From a bacterium (GTDB lineage: Bacteria; Zixibacteria; MSB-5A5; GN15; FEB-12), in contig JBDRNJ010000067.1 in NCBI GenBank assembly GCA_043811375.1, positions 1 through 20,606 of the forward strand: a DNA stretch of 20,606 nt, given 5' to 3'. Below the pieces are notes generated by a model, which ran no database searches, had not been told where the DNA came from, and was given only the letters and a program-made list of their open reading frames with translations. Of the stretch, positions 1 to 8,001 are shown piece by piece. The translations under genes and the position numbers were made by a program. The first letter of the stretch is position 1. Each line of letters starts with the position of its first letter.

Positions 1-105
1 GATGGCTTTGAGAAACGCTTGATTCACCTGCCAAGAAAACGAAAACAGAAGAAGAACAATGATGACAACAAAGACCCTGAATCAAAAAAAGTGTTACCTA
101 TGTAA
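1..105 (+). CDS. C-terminal fragment of a probable IS481-family transposase (runs in from the left edge)
   Basis: Frame 1 is open from base 1: DGFEKRLIHLPRKRKQKKNNDDNKDPESKKVLPM*, with TAA at 103-105. The KVLPM ending encoded by the terminal repeat is typical of many IS481 transposases. The catalytic DDE domain is outside the window. Confidence 0.6.
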   Translation, partial: DGFEKRLIHLPRKRKQKKNNDDNKDPESKKVLPM

Positions 106-141
106 CCGGTCTAATGTGTATCCTATGTAACCGGTCATACA
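1..141 (+). mobile_element. Right end of a probable IS481-family insertion sequence
   Basis: An exact 15-bp direct repeat CCTATGTAACCGGTC lies at 97-111 and 122-136, each copy preceded by a GTGT(T/A) motif. The array ends in ...ATACA at 141. IS481 ends are TGT...ACA with repeated transposase-binding sites. Confidence 0.65.
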
Positions 142-222
142 TTTTTCGCGGTGTTCGGGACCGGTGGTTCGGCTATGGCGTGCCCATCGACCGCAGGTAC
201 CCCCTACACACCGGCAGTACAA

Positions 223-1284
223 ATGAACACTAACCTGCCCAATTCTCAAAGCCTTCTCCAACCGGCCGGCTTCGGTGCAGTACTCTGCGCCGGAGTATGT
301 TTGTTAGTCACAATTATAATGGCACCAGCCGCCTTCTGCGACGACTTCTGCTCAGTCCTGTCATCGACTGTCATAGAGGTAACAGCGGCTACTGTCGACA
401 ATGTCAGTCCCGGCGACACAGTTGATATTACAGTGGAAATTTCACCTGCGATCGGCACTGACTCGCTGTTGCTGGACGGTCTTAATCTGGCCATAGCCTG
501 GGATTCCGCGGTAATACAATTTGACGGCGTTTCGGATGGCGGTCTGGCAGCGGACAACGACTGGTTCTTTGAATTTGTTTTGCACTCTGACTCGGTCATA
601 CCGACAGCGACCATGTTGCTTGAACTGGTCGGCGCCGCCACCGCGCAATCAGCCCTCGTCCTGACCGGCAGCCACTACCTTACATTGCGGTTTGTCGTGG
701 CTGAAGATTCCATACTGCACAATACATCCACCGATATCAGTTTCTACTGGCGCGACTGCTACGACAACGTCTTCTGGTCCCGCGGATATGACACCGCCCT
801 GCTGGCCGGACAGGTGTTGAACGCTAACGGTATCGACATCACCGACACCGGTCACGCCCTCCCCTCAACAGCCGGACCGGCTTCGGAGTGCAGCGCGCAG
901 TTATCGCATGACGACACGGCGGCCATCGTAGCCGGTTGCTTTCGCAGTGGTCGGATCAATTTCTCAGTGTCTACGGCAGTTGACGAATCGTCGGATGCCA
1001 CAGTGCCGAACCAAATCATGCTGGCCCAGAATTACCCCAATCCCTTCAATCCTGATACCAGGATCGAATTTTCTCTACCGTGCCGTTGTGACTGGCAACT
1101 TGAGGTATTCAACCTTATGGGCCAGGTGGTGGCTCAGAACCGTGGCCGCAGCGGACCGGGAACGATGAGCATCGATTGGTGCGGGCGCGACCTGTGCGGT
1201 CAACCGGCGGCCAGTGGAGTTTATTTCTACCGCCTTGAGGCCGATGGCCGTCACTTCAGTCGGAAGATGCTTCTTTTACGGTAA
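223..1284 (+). CDS. Secreted protein with a cohesin-like beta-sandwich domain and a C-terminal secretion-sorting (T9SS type A / FlgD-Ig-like) domain
   Basis: Hydrophobic N-terminal signal-like segment; cohesin-like pattern (VSPGDTVDITV...GLNLAIAWD); C-terminal LAQNYPNPFNP...GVYFYRL...RKMLLLR. The ORF is open from GTG 151; ATG 223 is preferred but the start is uncertain. Confidence 0.75.
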   Translation: MNTNLPNSQSLLQPAGFGAVLCAGVCLLVTIIMAPAAFCDDFCSVLSSTVIEVTAATVDNVSPGDTVDITVEISPAIGTDSLLLDGLNLAIAWDSAVIQFDGVSDGGLAADNDWFFEFVLHSDSVIPTATMLLELVGAATAQSALVLTGSHYLTLRFVVAEDSILHNTSTDISFYWRDCYDNVFWSRGYDTALLAGQVLNANGIDITDTGHALPSTAGPASECSAQLSHDDTAAIVAGCFRSGRINFSVSTAVDESSDATVPNQIMLAQNYPNPFNPDTRIEFSLPCRCDWQLEVFNLMGQVVAQNRGRSGPGTMSIDWCGRDLCGQPAASGVYFYRLEADGRHFSRKMLLLR

Positions 1285-1294
1285 ACAACTGTAT

Positions 1295-2353
1295 TTACAG
1301 TGTGTCCTTCGCAGACAGACAGCAATCATACAGGTGTTGCGCAATCGACTGCGCCGCCAGGCGGTGACCCCGGGCATTGAAATGTGTGGGATCGCGCTTG
1401 GCATCATCGAACAGATCATTATGTTCATCAAAGTCGTGCGCCAGGTCCACTAATTCGATGCCATCAGCAGCTGCGACTCCACGGATAGTCCGGTTGTACC
1501 GTTCATGGAAATCGTGCATCGGCGACCGACTGCCGGGCGGGTAGTAGGAGACAAGAGATGGTATCGGCGATGTCAGCAAAACCGGTGTGGCACCGACCTG
1601 GTGAACAGAACGGCAGATTGCAGCCAGGTTATCAGCGAAGTCAGTCAAACCGACGCGGTAAACCGGTTGAGATCTATCCCAGGTGGAATCCGGGTGTCGC
1701 TCGATTGTATTCAGAAGCAGCTTCTTCATAAGACGATAACTGTGAAACCGTGACAGGACGTTCTGCACCGTCAGGATTGCCGGTGGAGGAAACTGTTGTT
1801 GTTTATCGCTGATCTGTCCGGCGGCCGCCCAGTGATCATTCCAGGCGAACAGAATCAGTACGATATCCGGCTGTAAACCGACCAGACGCCGCTGGAAGAG
1901 GCGCCTTCCCTGAAGACTCGTATAGCCGGGAACACCGGCATTGATTACCTCACACCTGTCCGTCAGCATGGTTTCCAGTTGAGCGGTATAGGTTTCCTCC
2001 AGCGACACGCCCCAGCCAAAAGTGCATGAGTTGCCCAATGCCATAATGCGACAGCCGCTTGTGGTCTCCGACACCTCACGACCGCGAAGACCAAGCGCAT
2101 TGATGTGATAGGTCTTTCCTTCGAAGAAGCGCGATGTTATGGTTTGATTGGGTCGCAGCTGCCAGAACAGGTCGGCGTCTTTCATGAATACGTCCGGATA
2201 ATCCAGCGCCCGATTGAGAACAAAGGTCCGATTCTGAAAATAGGTATCAACACCGGCCAGGCGCACCACTGTCTCGATCAGTCCCAGCAATACCAGCAGG
2301 CAGATGGCGGCCGCTACCAGCCGGTAAGCAACAGTCGGTTTGAACCCGCTCAT
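1295..2353 (-). CDS. Membrane-anchored SGNH/GDSL hydrolase-family protein
   Basis: N-terminal TM helix; block I ALGNSCTFG; INAGVPGY; FAWND; C-terminal DPTHFNARGH (DxxH). Confidence 0.85.
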   Translation of the reverse strand: MSGFKPTVAYRLVAAAICLLVLLGLIETVVRLAGVDTYFQNRTFVLNRALDYPDVFMKDADLFWQLRPNQTITSRFFEGKTYHINALGLRGREVSETTSGCRIMALGNSCTFGWGVSLEETYTAQLETMLTDRCEVINAGVPGYTSLQGRRLFQRRLVGLQPDIVLILFAWNDHWAAAGQISDKQQQFPPPAILTVQNVLSRFHSYRLMKKLLLNTIERHPDSTWDRSQPVYRVGLTDFADNLAAICRSVHQVGATPVLLTSPIPSLVSYYPPGSRSPMHDFHERYNRTIRGVAAADGIELVDLAHDFDEHNDLFDDAKRDPTHFNARGHRLAAQSIAQHLYDCCLSAKDTL

Positions 2354-2359
2354 GACACC

Positions 2360-2388
2360 AATATAGCCTGTGGCAGCACTCTTGTCAG
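2360..2388 (-). promoter_or_regulatory. Sigma70-type promoter giving a probably leaderless SGNH mRNA
   Basis: Minus strand CTGACA (2388-2383), 17 nt, TATATT (2365-2360), 6 nt, ATG (2353). No SD sequence is present. Confidence 0.5.
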
Positions 2389-2392
2389 CGCT

Positions 2393-2554
2393 TTAGAACA
2401 GAGTATATATGAAGGGAGCCAGCGCAGACGATTCGGTAAACACCACCAGCAGCGACAACAAGAGCAGAAAGATGATAATCGGTCCCAGCCACCATTTCCT
2501 GGACGTTTTCAGGAAGTACCAGAACTCCGCGAGAATTCGCATCCGTCGAAACAT
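2393..2554 (-). CDS. DUF5989-family (SxtK-like) small membrane protein, 53 aa; not in the ORF track
   Basis: Translated by hand: MFRRMRILAEFWYFLKTSRKWWLGPIIIFLLLLSLLVVFTESSALAPFIYTLF*. It has the diagnostic RKWWLxP and APFIYTLF motifs and sits directly downstream of a carbamoyltransferase. Confidence 0.9.
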   Translation of the reverse strand: MFRRMRILAEFWYFLKTSRKWWLGPIIIFLLLLSLLVVFTESSALAPFIYTLF

Positions 2555-2616
2555 GGCCGTCAAATCATCCTTACAAAGTCACTAACCGTGCCGAGAGTCA
2601 GTGACATACCATAACA

Positions 2617-4353
2617 TTAGTCAGGCGCTATCTCGAGACTGAATTGCCGTCGTAACTCAAGCGGCACCCGGATTCGACGTATAATGTAGTTTTCCATCAC
2701 CAGAATGTCAATCTCACCGGAACAGAAAGTCGCGAAGGCATCTTCGGGTGTGTTGACTATAGGGTGACCACGCAGATTAAACGATGTGTTGAGTACCACC
2801 GCTACGCCGGTCAGCTTCTTGTATTCACTGAGCACTCCGTGCAGAAAGGGATTGTCCCGGTGGGTCACCGTCTGTATGCGGGATGAATGGTCAACATGGG
2901 TCACCGCCGGAATTACCCGACGTTTATTTTCAACGACAGGATAATTGAACAACATATAAGGCGAATTGCCGACATTCTTAAAGTACTGAGAGACATCTTC
3001 CCGCAGCACTGCCGGCGCGAAGGGTCGGAATGGTTCCCGGTACTTGACGGCGGCATTGATCTTCTCTTTCATCCGAGCATCACGGGCATCGGCCAGGATC
3101 GACCGAAAGCCCAGTGCTCGCGGACCGAACTCCATCGCGCCCTGGAAGACAGCCACAATTTTACCGTCGGCAACGGCTTCCGCCACCTGGTGCTGAAGTG
3201 GTTCGGTAGTCATCTGTTGGTATGGGATGGTGTGTGTGTCCAGAAAGGTTTTGATCTGATCATTATCGTAAACCGGGCCAAGGTCGAAGAAGGACTGCGG
3301 CCTCTTATCCTCCCCGCTTAAGTGGTAGTGGGCGTAGAGAGCAGCTCCTACAGCGCCACCGGCGTCTCCGGCCGCCGGCTGAACATAAATGTCATCGAAC
3401 ACCTTCTCCCTCAGCAGCACGCTGTTGGCTCGGCAGTTCAGGGCCACTCCCCCGGCCATACAGAGCCGATCGAGGCCGGTCTGCCGACGCACATGACGCG
3501 CCATGCGCAACATGACCTCTTCCGTAACGGCCTGAATGGAAGCGGCTACATCTTCATGGAATGGTTCGATCTCATCCTGCGGGTCTCGTCTCGGTCGACC
3601 CAGTAACTTCTCCAGCCCGGAGCCGGTCATGGTCAACCCGTGATGAAAAGTGAAGTAGTCGAGATTGAGATGTATCGAACCATCGTCATGTATTCGCACC
3701 AGCTTCTGCTGCATCAACGAGGCGAACCGCGGTGTGCCATAGGGAGCCAGCCCCATGATCTTGTATTCGGCCGAGTTCACCCGGAATCCGAGATAGTACG
3801 TCAGCGCTGAATACAACAATCCCACGGAATGCGGATAGTGCATCTCACCCAGCAGTCTGACACTGTTATTATCGCCGACACCATACGATGCGTTCGCCCA
3901 CTCGCCGACGCCGTCAACAGTAAGAATGGCAGCCCGGTCAAACGGGGATGAGAAAAACGCACCGGCGGCGTGCGACAGATGATGCGACAGGTACAGTATT
4001 TCACCTTCGTAATTCAGTTCTCGACTTATAACGTAGTCGGTCCAGAGCTTGCGGCGCAGCCAGATCGGCATGGCCGCCAGAAAAGCCCGCCAGGAACGAA
4101 AGGGCGTGGCCATATATCCGGTCAGGATACGATCGAATTTCGCTAGAGGTTTGTCGTAGAAGACCACGTAATCCAGATCGAGCGTGGTCAGTCCGGCCCG
4201 TTTCAGGCAATAGGCGACGGCCTCGACCGGCAGCTCGGCGTCGTGCTTGATGCGCGAATACCTCTCCTGACCGGCAGCAGCCACCAGGGTTCCGTCGACA
4301 ACCAGGGCTGCGGCGGCGTCATGGTAGAAACAGGATATGCCCAGAATCTTCAT
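2617..4353 (-). CDS. O-carbamoyltransferase, NodU/CmcH/TobZ family (SxtI-like)
   Basis: MKILGISCFYHDAAAALV start (ATG at 4353 preferred over 4434); HHLSHA; DGVGE; EYKIMGLAPYG; AGGVALNC; EFGPRALGFRS; KYREPFRPFAP; LNTSFN. Confidence 0.93.
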   Translation of the reverse strand: MKILGISCFYHDAAAALVVDGTLVAAAGQERYSRIKHDAELPVEAVAYCLKRAGLTTLDLDYVVFYDKPLAKFDRILTGYMATPFRSWRAFLAAMPIWLRRKLWTDYVISRELNYEGEILYLSHHLSHAAGAFFSSPFDRAAILTVDGVGEWANASYGVGDNNSVRLLGEMHYPHSVGLLYSALTYYLGFRVNSAEYKIMGLAPYGTPRFASLMQQKLVRIHDDGSIHLNLDYFTFHHGLTMTGSGLEKLLGRPRRDPQDEIEPFHEDVAASIQAVTEEVMLRMARHVRRQTGLDRLCMAGGVALNCRANSVLLREKVFDDIYVQPAAGDAGGAVGAALYAHYHLSGEDKRPQSFFDLGPVYDNDQIKTFLDTHTIPYQQMTTEPLQHQVAEAVADGKIVAVFQGAMEFGPRALGFRSILADARDARMKEKINAAVKYREPFRPFAPAVLREDVSQYFKNVGNSPYMLFNYPVVENKRRVIPAVTHVDHSSRIQTVTHRDNPFLHGVLSEYKKLTGVAVVLNTSFNLRGHPIVNTPEDAFATFCSGEIDILVMENYIIRRIRVPLELRRQFSLEIAPD

Positions 4354-4355
4354 AG

Positions 4356-4601
4356 TCAGCTCTGTCGCCGCAGCTTCTCCAGATCGGGTTGGCGACCGTC
4401 GGTCGGTTTCCAGTTGCTGGCCTTTTTGAGACACCGCGACTGCGCTTGTAACGGGTCCCAGCCGAATAGACGAAACAGCCCACCCAGCGGTGACAGCACC
4501 AGGAAGTAAAAAAGGGTCAGCAACAGCTTAGTCTGGAAGCGCGCCACGGTCAGGGCGATTTTTTTCCACTTTGACCAGACCTTTCGTAGAATCATTTTCA
4601 T
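4356..4601 (-). CDS. SxtJ-like small membrane protein
   Basis: WSKWKKIALTVARFQTKLLLTLFYFLVLSPLGGLFRLFGWDPL resembles the SxtJ C-terminal pattern (W..L...L.....L...F.....P.G...R..G.DPL). Its stop lies 2 nt before the carbamoyltransferase ATG. ATG 4601 is preferred over 4622. Confidence 0.75.
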   Translation of the reverse strand: MKMILRKVWSKWKKIALTVARFQTKLLLTLFYFLVLSPLGGLFRLFGWDPLQAQSRCLKKASNWKPTDGRQPDLEKLRRQS

Positions 4602-4722
4602 GTCATCGGCCCCAAAAACCAAGAAATCGATTGACTCTTATCTGAACATCCATAATGTGCCTCTCAATGAAATATAGTCAGATTTCTACAGATTATCACG
4701 ATTCATTATTGGCCGGGCGGCG

Positions 4723-5757
4723 ATGACGGATCCCGGCGGCGACATTCTTATTACCGGCGCCTCCGGCTCGCTGGGCAAGCAACTGGTTTATGAACTTGAT
4801 CGGCAGGGCTTAAGCCCCGTTGCCCAGGTACGTCAGAGTTCCGACACGCGCTATCTCGATTCGGTCGGTGTCCGAAAGCGCGTGACCGACCTGCGAAACA
4901 AGACTGACCTGTCGCGATTGGTGGCCGGGGTCGACTCGATCATCCACACGGCGGCCTGGGTAAACTTTCGTCAGGATCGTCTGGCGGATTTTGTCGCCCT
5001 CAACACCGATGGTTCCCGGCATCTGTTTGCAGCCGCCCAAAAAGCCGGTGTGAAACGGTTTGTTCACGTCTCGACGGTGGCCGCCGTGGGGGCTATTCCC
5101 CGTCAATCACATGGCGAACTCAATCCGGTGGGTCCGCCTGACCGAGCCAGTGAAGACACTCCGTTTAATCTGGGGCACCTGCATATTCCCTATATAATGA
5201 CCAAGCGAGAGGCCGAGGAAAAACTTCTTCAGTCTGCCCCAGACGGGAAGACAGAACTGGTTATTGTCAATCCGTCGGTCATAGTGGCGCCATCGCGTAC
5301 CGGCGACGACCGAGGCAAAGCGCTCAAGAAATTCCCCCGCTGGCTGGCGCCCGGTCTGCCCAATTTTGTCAACCTGGTTGATATTCGCGATGTTGCCGCC
5401 GGAGTAATTGCGGCAATGAACAACGGCCGCCCGGGCGAGCGCTACATTCTGGGCGGCGACAACGTCACCGCCCGCGAACTGCTGCTGATCATTTCATCGG
5501 TGCTGGGACGTGCTCCACATTTTGTCCGGCTTCCCAGAGCCGCACTGTTCTCTGCCGCCCGCCTGGCGGCGTTGCGGGGCAGGCTGACAGGTTCGGGGAA
5601 AGTATCATTCTATCCTGACCTGATCAGACTTCTCGACTACGACTGGGCTTTTTCGTCCCGCAAAGCACGCCGTGAACTGGGTTACACCAGTCGCTCGTTG
5701 TATGTCACGCTCAAAGACCTCTTGACTAACAACTTCACACACAGCTACGCCCGGTAG
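4723..5757 (+). CDS. NAD-dependent epimerase/dehydratase (extended SDR, HpnA/dihydroflavonol-reductase-like)
   Basis: ITGASGSLG Rossmann motif; IIHTAA; FVHVSTVAA; YxxxK (YIMTK); VDIRDVA; GERYILGG. Confidence 0.88.
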   Translation: MTDPGGDILITGASGSLGKQLVYELDRQGLSPVAQVRQSSDTRYLDSVGVRKRVTDLRNKTDLSRLVAGVDSIIHTAAWVNFRQDRLADFVALNTDGSRHLFAAAQKAGVKRFVHVSTVAAVGAIPRQSHGELNPVGPPDRASEDTPFNLGHLHIPYIMTKREAEEKLLQSAPDGKTELVIVNPSVIVAPSRTGDDRGKALKKFPRWLAPGLPNFVNLVDIRDVAAGVIAAMNNGRPGERYILGGDNVTARELLLIISSVLGRAPHFVRLPRAALFSAARLAALRGRLTGSGKVSFYPDLIRLLDYDWAFSSRKARRELGYTSRSLYVTLKDLLTNNFTHSYAR

Positions 5758-5792
5758 CGTGCTTGTTGAAATCCGTGACCTCACTTACGTGA
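5751..5792 (+). repeat. Copy 1 of a degenerate 42-bp direct repeat (overlaps the epimerase stop codon)
   Basis: CCGGTAGCGTGCTTGTTGAAATCCGTGACCTCACTTACGTGA; 32/42 ungapped identity to 6692-6733 by hand alignment. Confidence 0.7.
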
Positions 5793-5896
5793 TAGTCTGC
5801 TTTTTCGCGCCAGTTGATTCTTAACAGTGCCAAGGCCTTTGATATTCATATAAAACCGATTTGATCTCCAACCTGTTCTTATTATGATTATTGGAC

Positions 5897-6646
5897 ATGA
5901 ATCTGATTATTCTGCAAAAAGAAGATCGAATTGACGATTTCCTCTATCGTATTAAGGACAATCGAGCCAGGCATATCCTCGAGATATTAAAACTCGATAC
6001 AGGAGATACTGTCGAAGCTGGTATTCTGAATGGACCTCAAGGGAAAGCCATAATCGAATCAGTAAGTGGGAACACGCTGATTCTCAAGTGTAGTGATTTC
6101 ACCATGATGCCCGCTCCTGCGATTACGATTGACTTGATTTGTGCCATGCCGCGCCCGCAGACCCTTCGGAGAGTATTGCGTACCATAGCGACAATGGGTG
6201 TACGAAAGTTGTTTTTGATCAGGGCAAACCGAGTAGAGAAAAGTTATTTCCATTCTCCTCTTCTGGAGCCGGACAACTATACCCCGTATTTGATTGAAGG
6301 TCTCGCCCAGGGGAAACTGACACGGTTACCTGAAGTTACGATCCACAAGCGTTTCAAACCTTTCTTTGAAGATACACTGAAAGACAATGCGAAAGATGAA
6401 ACGGGAGATGCTCTCAGACTTCTGGCTGATACTGAAACCAAACGTCTCCTGAGTAAGATATATTCAGATCCCCGTAGAGTTCTTCTTGCCATTGGACCTG
6501 AAGGCGGCTGGGTTCCGTTTGAGGTAGCATTGATGAAAGAAATTGGTTTTGAGTCTTTCACCCTGGGACAATGGCTCCTGAGAGTAGAATCCGCAGTAAC
6601 CGCTGCTTTGGCACAAATAGAGCTACTCGGCAGGGACAGTACATAG
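5897..6646 (+). CDS. rsmE: 16S rRNA (uracil-1498-N3)-methyltransferase (SPOUT)
   Basis: H..L.L..GD; AMPRPQTL...ATMGV; EGLAQG; AIGPEGGW; LGQWLLRVESA. ATG 5897 is preferred over TTG 5891. Candidate promoter TTGATC(5861)-N16-TATGAT(5883). Confidence 0.9.
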   Translation: MNLIILQKEDRIDDFLYRIKDNRARHILEILKLDTGDTVEAGILNGPQGKAIIESVSGNTLILKCSDFTMMPAPAITIDLICAMPRPQTLRRVLRTIATMGVRKLFLIRANRVEKSYFHSPLLEPDNYTPYLIEGLAQGKLTRLPEVTIHKRFKPFFEDTLKDNAKDETGDALRLLADTETKRLLSKIYSDPRRVLLAIGPEGGWVPFEVALMKEIGFESFTLGQWLLRVESAVTAALAQIELLGRDST

Positions 6647-6665
6647 ATCGTTCTAATAATTCCGG

Positions 6666-6688
6666 GGTTGGGGATTCTCGGCCCAACC
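6666..6688 (+). terminator. Hairpin between convergent rsmE and DGQHR genes (possible terminator)
   Basis: GGTTGGG / CCCAACC 7-bp stem with a 9-nt loop; no clear U tract. Confidence 0.35.
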
Positions 6689-6691
6689 TGT

Positions 6692-6733
6692 CCAGTAGCG
6701 TGCTTGCCTGAATCCGTGATCACACCTGCATGA
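6692..6733 (+). repeat. Copy 2 of the degenerate 42-bp direct repeat
   Basis: CCAGTAGCGTGCTTGCCTGAATCCGTGATCACACCTGCATGA; shares the exact blocks GTAGCGTGCTTG and AATCCGTGA with 5751-5792. Confidence 0.7.
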
Positions 6734-6797
6734 CGGAAGTCGTTGGAAAGTAATTGATTACTGAGGCTGCACGCCGTACATGAGCAAGCTCAAGTAG

Positions 6798-7991
6798 TTA
6801 CTCAATTATGTCGTTACGTGAGATCTGTAGGCGAAGCATCTTGAGAAACATTGATTGTCCACCGCTGCCCGGCACAAAGTTTTTTGATGTAAAATCGTTG
6901 TCCGTTACGTCGATCGGTTCTAAATACCTGTAGAATTCCTTAGATAAGGGGATCCTTCCGATCTCCTCACCAACGATATCAAGATACACGTCATCCTTCA
7001 AAAACTTCATCAGAGCCTTAAAAGCATTAGATTTTGGAAGCAGATTTCCTACTTGATCTTTAGCGTCCCACGATTTTGGCCATTTATCTCTAACAGCAAC
7101 AAAGTAGTTGAACAGGATCTCCGCTATGTCCAGATCTTTATTCTCAATGAATAGGTTTCTAAAAGGGTGTTTTTTTAGCTCGTCAATAGTTGCTCTTTTA
7201 AGCTTCTTACTGTCCAGCAAATCATTTCTATCACGTACTGCGTCTGGAGTAATGAATTTAACGAGCGCCTCCACAAATGACGCCTGCGTTAGCGGTTCCT
7301 TGGTACGACCCGGAGTTGCTGTTCCTAACCTCTTTATTCTCTTATGCAAAGGGCTTGATTCTTCTTTGTCCAGCGCTACGGCAACATTATGACAACTTTT
7401 ATGAGGGCTGGAAGTTCTTGCAAGTTCTGTGAGATCATAAACGAGGCTTTTGCTTACTTTCGTCTGTGCCAGATTTACCGTGGCAAAGATGTTGGCCTGT
7501 TCAGATATATCAGCTCCAACAAAAATGGAAAGGTTAATGTCAAAATCCCGATCTTCGAATGGGAAAGCCCAATTGCCATTTTCATCCATAAACGAGGCTA
7601 TTCTGTGTTGCCCATCAATTACTTTGGCAATCATCTCATAGGGTATTTGTTCCTCACCTGTTTCTGGATCACCACCGAAAGAAGACAGGGTCAATACCCG
7701 TGATTCTTCGTTGTATTCAACACATCGCTCATCTATAGTAACGATTACCGCCGTGGGAAAGGTAGCATCTTGAGCGGTTACATATTTTTTTATCTCCTTA
7801 ATACGCTTCTTGCTGATTGGCCTCTGAATCCCCAAATATCTCTCTACATCGCGCAGTTCTGTGGCAAGACGTCTGACATCATTGTAGCAGATTTTCACTA
7901 GGTCCTGCGCCTTAATCGAAGCAATATAAAAATCACCTATCGGCTGTGATACTTTGAGCACTGGCAATTTGATCGTTCCTGCTACCATCAT
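6798..7991 (-). CDS. DGQHR-domain protein (DndB/ParB-Srx-like superfamily)
   Basis: GIQRPISKKRIKEI; FPTAVIV; VIDGQHR; EQANIFATVNLAQTKVSKSLVYDL. The start is 10 nt after the upstream stop, with AGGGT as a possible SD. Confidence 0.92.
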   Translation of the reverse strand: MMVAGTIKLPVLKVSQPIGDFYIASIKAQDLVKICYNDVRRLATELRDVERYLGIQRPISKKRIKEIKKYVTAQDATFPTAVIVTIDERCVEYNEESRVLTLSSFGGDPETGEEQIPYEMIAKVIDGQHRIASFMDENGNWAFPFEDRDFDINLSIFVGADISEQANIFATVNLAQTKVSKSLVYDLTELARTSSPHKSCHNVAVALDKEESSPLHKRIKRLGTATPGRTKEPLTQASFVEALVKFITPDAVRDRNDLLDSKKLKRATIDELKKHPFRNLFIENKDLDIAEILFNYFVAVRDKWPKSWDAKDQVGNLLPKSNAFKALMKFLKDDVYLDIVGEEIGRIPLSKEFYRYLEPIDVTDNDFTSKNFVPGSGGQSMFLKMLRLQISRNDIIE

Positions 7992-8001
7992 TCTTTTTAC
8001 C

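Noticed and set aside
91..141. Tandem 15-bp repeats as a CRISPR remnant
   Set aside because: Only two units with a 10-nt spacer; better explained as IS terminal transposase-binding repeats.
4354..4434. 27-aa N-terminal extension of the carbamoyltransferase given in the ORF track
   Set aside because: It overlaps the sxtJ-like gene; family members begin at M.ILGIS, matching ATG 4353.
1295..4601. Saxitoxin biosynthesis cluster
   Set aside because: Only sxtI/J/K-like genes are present; there is no sxtA, sxtG or other core gene, and this trio is widespread outside toxin producers.
6681..6748. Possible integron attC site after rsmE (GCCCAAC ... GTTGGAA), with a similar GACTAAC ... GATAGTC at 5724-5797
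   Set aside because: The L boxes do not pair in canonical register, the R' boxes deviate from GTTRRRY, the two candidates are not in the same register relative to the shared repeat, and no integron integrase is in the window.
6798..7991. Dnd phosphorothioation or Dpd system
   Set aside because: No dndA/C/D/E, ssp, pbe or dpdA genes are adjacent; the only linked modifier is a Dam-family MTase.
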